Both the position numbers and the translations under genes were made by a program. A model generated the notes under the pieces. The model did not search any database, had not been told where the DNA came from, and saw only the letters and a list, made by a program, of their open reading frames with translations. A stretch of 64,000 nt of DNA from positions 128,196-192,195 of the forward strand of contig WRHU01000001.1 in NCBI GenBank assembly GCA_009783085.1, read 5' to 3'. Positions within the stretch are counted from its first letter, which is position 1; each line of letters begins with the position of its first letter. The stretch is from Coriobacteriia bacterium. GTDB taxonomy: Bacteria; Actinomycetota; Coriobacteriia; Coriobacteriales; UBA8131. Of the stretch, positions 59,632 to 64,000 are shown in pieces.

Positions 59632-60423
59632 TTACGCAGCCTCAGCTAAATCCTCGGCAGCGTCGCCAGCGGCATCTGCGGCATCACCCGCGGCATCGGC
59701 AGCAGCAGCTGCGCCATCTGCAAGCGCATCGGGGTCAAAGCCAACTACACCAGCATTGTAGATGTCAAAATGCTTGGCGCAGTATGCACAAAGACGAACC
59801 TTCTTGGCAGCAAAAGCGCCGTCAACATCGCCCTCGGCAAGATTTCCTGCACCAATTCTGTTGAGTGCAGAACACTCAGCCCAGGTGTGATACACCTCGC
59901 CAGAACCAGAAGTCCAACGAGCATTACCGGTGCCAAAATCACTTTGCTGCGTATTTGATTTAAGAAGCTCAAGATCCTCTGCAGAAACAGGGTTCCAGTC
60001 GGCACTCAGACCAACAGCAGCTGCCAGGCACACCGCTGCAAGAATAGAAACCAAAGCTTTGGCTCTGCCGTCGAGGTTTTTGTCGGTAAGCAGCAAGATA
60101 AGAATGGGGAAAAATGCGATAACCGCAATGATAGCCCCAAGCTGCGTTTTGATAAAGAACTCGACCTTGTTTTTCTCCGAAGGAGGGTCAATTTTGTTGG
60201 CTCGCTTCCACAAAAACGAACCGGCTACTACGAGGATAAGGTCGATTATCAAAGCAGCAACAATAAACCAGATGTAGTTTTCTACATTTGGCATAAGCAC
60301 TCTCAGCAAAATGAGAATACCCACTACCTCAGCAGCTATACCAAGTACCCAAAGCACGATTGCAAGTGCCCTGAACGTGGTAGGATTGCCACTTGGTCTT
60401 TCGTATCTTTTTATTTCAGCCAT
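59632..60423 (-). CDS. Hypothetical multi-TM protein with C-terminal Cys/His (sunset-like?) domain and Ala/Asp repeat tail
   Basis: About 5 TM helices, then EVYHTWAECS..(27)..RLCAYCAKH, then DAAGDAADAAGDAAEDLAEAA. GAAGGAAG RBS. Confidence 0.55.
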   Translation of the reverse strand: MAEIKRYERPSGNPTTFRALAIVLWVLGIAAEVVGILILLRVLMPNVENYIWFIVAALIIDLILVVAGSFLWKRANKIDPPSEKNKVEFFIKTQLGAIIAVIAFFPILILLLTDKNLDGRAKALVSILAAVCLAAAVGLSADWNPVSAEDLELLKSNTQQSDFGTGNARWTSGSGEVYHTWAECSALNRIGAGNLAEGDVDGAFAAKKVRLCAYCAKHFDIYNAGVVGFDPDALADGAAAAADAAGDAADAAGDAAEDLAEAA

Positions 60424-60463
60424 ATTCTTCCTTCTTTCTCGCTTAGTTCAAGCTGTTCTCGAA

Positions 60464-61105
60464 CTATTTCTTTCCGCCCAACAAACCGCCGACAATATCG
60501 CCAACGTCAATTCCCTTGCCGTCTAATACGCCACCAAGAGCGTCCAGCATTCCGCCGCCCTCTTCCTCTTTTTCTTTGGCCTTAGATTTAGGTGCAGGAG
60601 CCGCTTGTCCGCCTCCCAATAAACCACCGAGAGCGCCGAGGAGATTGCCGCCACCGGCCTCTTCTTCCTCTTCTTCTTCAACAACAGCTTTTGCGGCTCG
60701 TTTAGGAGCAGCCTTTGCTGGAGCAGAACCACCCTTGCCGCCACCCAAGAAACCGGTGATAAGCGTACCCATCAAATCGGGTGAAGCACTTTTGCTCGCC
60801 GATGAACCGCCGCCGCCCAAAACACTGCCAATCAAATCGCCAATGACATTGGGGTGACCAGCATTGGTCTTGCTGCCTCCCGTAAGCGTACCAAGAAGGC
60901 TTCCCAGCAAAGCATTGCCGCCACCTCCGCCGCCAAGCAGCAAGGCAAGAATGCTTCCCATATCAGGAAGCGGAATACCGCTGATTCCAGAAATATCCTC
61001 AATAGATTCATGGGGATGACTTTTGAAACGGTCGACCATCTCGGGATCGTCTTTTAAGATATCGGCGACCTGCTCAGCAATTTGACGAATCTCTTTCTCG
61101 TTCAT
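60464..61105 (-). CDS. Hypothetical Gly-rich low-complexity protein
   Basis: Repeated LLG(G/S)LLGGGG-type motifs, a poly-Glu tract and a structured-looking 45-aa N-terminus. ATG 61105 lies 5 nt after GGAGGA. The upstream ATG 61117 is part of that RBS. Confidence 0.55.
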   Translation of the reverse strand: MNEKEIRQIAEQVADILKDDPEMVDRFKSHPHESIEDISGISGIPLPDMGSILALLLGGGGGGNALLGSLLGTLTGGSKTNAGHPNVIGDLIGSVLGGGGSSASKSASPDLMGTLITGFLGGGKGGSAPAKAAPKRAAKAVVEEEEEEEAGGGNLLGALGGLLGGGQAAPAPKSKAKEKEEEGGGMLDALGGVLDGKGIDVGDIVGGLLGGKK

Positions 61106-61161
61106 ACTATCCTCCATTCGTTGTTATAAACACACCACGGTAGTACAGACACATAATGCAG

Positions 61162-61190
61162 ACTATAGGGCTTTATGCCTTTTAACACAA
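61162..61190 (-). promoter_or_regulatory. Candidate sigma-70-type promoter (TTGTGT-N17-TATAGT)
   Basis: Minus strand -35 at 61190..61185 and -10 at 61167..61162, about 55 nt upstream of ATG 61105. Confidence 0.5.
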
Positions 61191-61210
61191 GGGGCGTTTT
61201 GCTATTTCTT

Positions 61211-62242
61211 TTATTTTTTTTCTGAGGGTTTTTCCAGTGAGTTTGAAAGCACCTCAAAAACACGGTTAGAAGCTGCGGTGCGTCCTCGTGATAAGGGCTC
61301 CAGCTCGTCCAAAACCTGAGCTAAATCGGCTGGTAAGATATCAAAAAACTCACAGGTTTCTTTTGTGGAAGGGTGCTGGAAGCTCAGATGCCATGAATGC
61401 AAGAACTGCCGATTGAGCCCTCGTTGAGCCTTGGGACGGTTTTGCGCACCGTACACCGGGTCGCCCACACAGGCATGACCGATATACTCGGCGTGCGCAC
61501 GAATTTGATGCGTTCTGCCCGTGTGAAGCTCACATTCTATAAGCGTGTAACCGTCGTCATGGGGGCCAGCATCAAAGCGCTCAAGAACGGTAAAGCTGGT
61601 AATGCTTTCGCGCGCACGGGGGCCTTGCCCTACAACAATTTTTTGCCTCTCAAACGTGCCCCGGGTAAGCGGTGCGTCGATAAGCCCCGTGTCTGGAGCG
61701 ATAATGCCATGAACCAGAGCAAGGTAGTGCCGCTTGACCTCTTTGGCACGAATACCCTCTTGTAAGGTGAGCCCTGCTGCCTGACGCTTTGCCGCCAGCA
61801 TAAGCCCCGTGGTGTCTTTGTCGAGTCGATGCACAATGCCCGGCCGGTCATCGCCTTGCAAAAGCGCAAGATTATCATAGCCGCAGTGTGCAATCAACGC
61901 ATTGACCAGCGTGCCAGAGAAGTAACTGCCAGCAGGGTGCACCACCAAATCTGCCTGCTTGCTCAATACGATAAGGTCGTCGTCTTCATAGCGAATATCC
62001 AGCTCAATATCCTCGCCTTGCAACATAATTGGTTGCTTGACATCTATCTGGTAGCTCAGCTCCTCGCCCTCGGCAACCAGATATTTTTTTTCGGTGAGGG
62101 GGTTGTTGTTAAGAGAAACCTCCCCTGCCTCAATAAGCCGCACTGCTTCGCTTCGGCTGGCTAGTCCGTCAAGCGTGGCGAGCAAAGCGTCAAGACGCAT
62201 ACCGTGTTCTTGTGCGCCTACCGTATGGAAATACTCAGGCAT
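61211..62242 (-). CDS. rluD: RluA-family 23S rRNA pseudouridine synthase (RluD-like)
   Basis: S4 domain, the HRLDKDTTGLML catalytic motif and HQIRAH. ATG 62242 is preferred (8-nt overlap with the lspA end). The ORF extension to 62305 is probably not coding. Confidence 0.9.
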   Translation of the reverse strand: MPEYFHTVGAQEHGMRLDALLATLDGLASRSEAVRLIEAGEVSLNNNPLTEKKYLVAEGEELSYQIDVKQPIMLQGEDIELDIRYEDDDLIVLSKQADLVVHPAGSYFSGTLVNALIAHCGYDNLALLQGDDRPGIVHRLDKDTTGLMLAAKRQAAGLTLQEGIRAKEVKRHYLALVHGIIAPDTGLIDAPLTRGTFERQKIVVGQGPRARESITSFTVLERFDAGPHDDGYTLIECELHTGRTHQIRAHAEYIGHACVGDPVYGAQNRPKAQRGLNRQFLHSWHLSFQHPSTKETCEFFDILPADLAQVLDELEPLSRGRTAASNRVFEVLSNSLEKPSEKK

Positions 62243-62801
62243 CGCTGTCTTCTTTGGGAGTGCTGGAGGAAGTGCTGGAAGCTTTGGCAGAAACCTTGGC
62301 CTCAACCTTCGAGCTTGCCGCTGGCTTAAAAAACTCAGAACCGAGAATATAAAACGCCAGTAAAATTGCGCCCACCGTTACGCAGGAATCTGCAACATTA
62401 AACACCGGAAACTCAATAAAGAGCGTATGAATAAAGTCGGTGACCTCTCCAAAACGAATTCGGTCAATAGCATTGCCCAGCGCACCAGCCGCGATCAGAG
62501 AAATGCCCAGAAGCTCAAGCACCGCATGAGATTTTGTCAGCAACAGATACAGCAGCAAACCAAAACTCACGGCAAAGGCTATCACCGTAAAGAGAAGCGT
62601 TGCGCCCTCCATCATGCCAAAGGCAGCACCCTTATTGAACACCAGCACAAAGTCTAAAACATGGGGAATAAACGCAATGGCCTTGCCGTCACTCAAGTGC
62701 TCAACGGCAAGTATTTTGGTAATGCGGTCGGCAAGCAACAGAGCGGCAACTAGGGCCACAAATAAAACAACTGAGGTGCTGCGCAAAAAACGCTTTTTCA
62801 T
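62235..62801 (-). CDS. lspA: Lipoprotein signal peptidase II
   Basis: Motifs NKGAAFG, GNAIDR, and FPVFNVAD (VFNVAD with the second catalytic Asp). Four TM helices and a Ser/Ala/Lys-rich tail. Confidence 0.9.
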   Translation of the reverse strand: MKKRFLRSTSVVLFVALVAALLLADRITKILAVEHLSDGKAIAFIPHVLDFVLVFNKGAAFGMMEGATLLFTVIAFAVSFGLLLYLLLTKSHAVLELLGISLIAAGALGNAIDRIRFGEVTDFIHTLFIEFPVFNVADSCVTVGAILLAFYILGSEFFKPAASSKVEAKVSAKASSTSSSTPKEDSDA

Positions 62802-62829
62802 CGCTTGGCTCTTTCATTATTAGGTCGCT

Positions 62830-62955
62830 GCTCTTTGGTCATTGCTCTTTGGTCATCACTCTTTAGCCGTTGCCCGGTAGTCATTACCCGGTAGTCGTTA
62901 CCCGACAATCGTCACTCGGTAGTCGCTGCCCGGCAGTCGTCACTCGGCAGTAGTC
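62830..62955. repeat. Degenerate 14-nt tandem repeat, about 9-10 copies, between lspA and ileS
   Basis: Units are GCTCTTTGGTCATT, GCTCTTTGGTCATC, ACTCTTTAGCCGTT, GCCCGGTAGTCATT, ACCCGGTAGTCGTT, ACCCGACAATCGTC, ACTCGGTAGTCGCT, GCCCGGCAGTCGTC and ACTCGGCAGTAGTC. The array runs into the ileS stop codon. Confidence 0.8.
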
Positions 62956-64000
62956 AGTCGGCACGTTTGCCGAGTACCGCTGCACAGCGCTCGCACAACT
63001 CAGGGAACGCAGCATTTGCGCCCAACTCCCGGATATTCCAACAACGAGGGCACTTCTCACCAGAGGCCTGGGAAACCTCGACAGCAATCTCGCAGTTTTC
63101 CTCCCCTACCTTAAGCTCAACAGCGGCTACTATAAAGAGTTCTTCAAGTACGCCAGCTGCCTGGGCGCTCAAAACAGCGTGCGCATCAGAATCAAGTGTT
63201 ATGTGCAGGGCTGCCTCTTGGCTTTTGCCAATAACTTTGTCATTGCGAGCCGCCTCGAGCGCCTTAGTAGCAACTTCACGCACGGCAAGAATGCTCTCAA
63301 AATCTCGCTCGATGACCTCGATTTTTTCAGGCGACAGCGCTGGGGCAAAATCCTCAGGCGCAGGCCAACCAGACAACACAACAGCCTGTGCGTGCTCCTC
63401 GGTGCGCAGACCTTGCGGATAAAACTCCCACACTTCATCGCAGGTAAAGGTCAAAATAGGAGCAAGCAAGCGCACCAACGCCTCCAATATGTTGACGAGC
63501 ACCGTTTGCGCCGCACGCCGCTGCACGCTTTTTGCCTCATCAGAATAAAGACGATCTTTTAAGACATCAAGATAGATGGCAGACAAATCGGTAACAAGGT
63601 AGTCATAGATGGCGTGAAACGCTGCATGAAAACGCAGACTCTCATACGCCTCGGTGACCTTCTCGGTAAGACGCATCACCCGCACGAGAGCCCAACAATC
63701 AAGCGGCTCAAGCTCATCGGCAGAAACAACATCCTCACTCCAAGAAAAATCACTGAGGTTTGACAGCAGGAACCTAAAGCTATTGCGAATACGGCGGTAA
63801 GCCTCAGAGGTGCGCTGGATAATTTCGTCGTCGATGCCAACGTCTTGGCTGTGGTCGATCGAACCAACCCACAGGCGCAACACATCGGCTCCATATTTCT
63901 CAACCACCTCAAGCGGGTCAACCACGTTGCCCCGTGATTTTGACATCTTGTTGCCGTCGCCGTCAACCACAAACCCGCAGCTCATAATTCCCTTGAAGGG
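62954..64000 (-). CDS. ileS: Isoleucine--tRNA ligase, C-terminal part (5' end outside the window)
   Basis: GNKMSKSRGNVVDP (KMSKS), the anticodon-binding domain and the C-terminal Zn finger CPRCW...CERC. The frame stays open to the window edge. Confidence 0.9.
   Translation of the reverse strand, partial: PFKGIMSCGFVVDGDGNKMSKSRGNVVDPLEVVEKYGADVLRLWVGSIDHSQDVGIDDEIIQRTSEAYRRIRNSFRFLLSNLSDFSWSEDVVSADELEPLDCWALVRVMRLTEKVTEAYESLRFHAAFHAIYDYLVTDLSAIYLDVLKDRLYSDEAKSVQRRAAQTVLVNILEALVRLLAPILTFTCDEVWEFYPQGLRTEEHAQAVVLSGWPAPEDFAPALSPEKIEVIERDFESILAVREVATKALEAARNDKVIGKSQEAALHITLDSDAHAVLSAQAAGVLEELFIVAAVELKVGEENCEIAVEVSQASGEKCPRCWNIRELGANAAFPELCERCAAVLGKRAD

Noticed and set aside
62884-63087. 67-aa minus-strand ORF and other small ORFs crossing the 14-nt repeat array; also 53425..53625 across the 12-nt repeats.
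   Set aside because: Their reading frames are generated by the repeats themselves (the 14-nt period is out of frame with codons). They have no RBS, and the first overlaps the ileS 3' end.

Overview
This window is a gene-dense chromosomal segment of about 52 protein genes plus one tRNA, almost all on the minus strand, so that is probably the leading strand. It comes from a Gram-positive bacterium of moderate GC. Gene content and order fit Actinomycetota, possibly Coriobacteriia, but that assignment is inference only. Supporting blocks are hrcA followed directly by dnaJ, lepA-dusB-hemW-hrcA-dnaJ-rsmE-mtaB, phoH-ybeY-dgkA-era, asp23-DAK2-recG-rsmD-coaD and queH-queA-tgt-secD-secF. Most of the content is core housekeeping: uvrB, coaE, metG, nadE, rel, recG, rpsT, rpsA, lepA, lspA, rluD and the 3' part of ileS. 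I saw no transposase, integrase, CRISPR array or recognisable defence island.

The items worth a second look are:
- A 1076-aa hybrid histidine kinase whose N-terminus looks like a ferredoxin plus [FeFe]-hydrogenase H-domain. It also carries a Cx2Cx4Cx16C motif and a PAS domain, which resembles a sensory-hydrogenase (HydS-type) module fused directly to a phosphorelay.
- An 1153-aa single ORF that fuses a complete RecJ exonuclease to a RecQ-like helicase core.
- A dispersed intergenic element at two loci, made of a hairpin with compensatory stem changes followed by 22-nt tandem units. Other short tandem repeats (14-, 12- and 11-nt) lie in intergenic DNA, and some sit in frame inside housekeeping genes.
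- hrcA, whose conserved N-terminus is encoded upstream of any canonical start codon. An ACG sits 5 nt after a perfect Shine-Dalgarno sequence.
- A surface-protein pair (an LRR protein with perfect 63-bp repeats, and an NlpC/P60 hydrolase) between two housekeeping blocks, plus a secreted papain-like protease.

All product calls come from motif recognition by eye. No database search was run.
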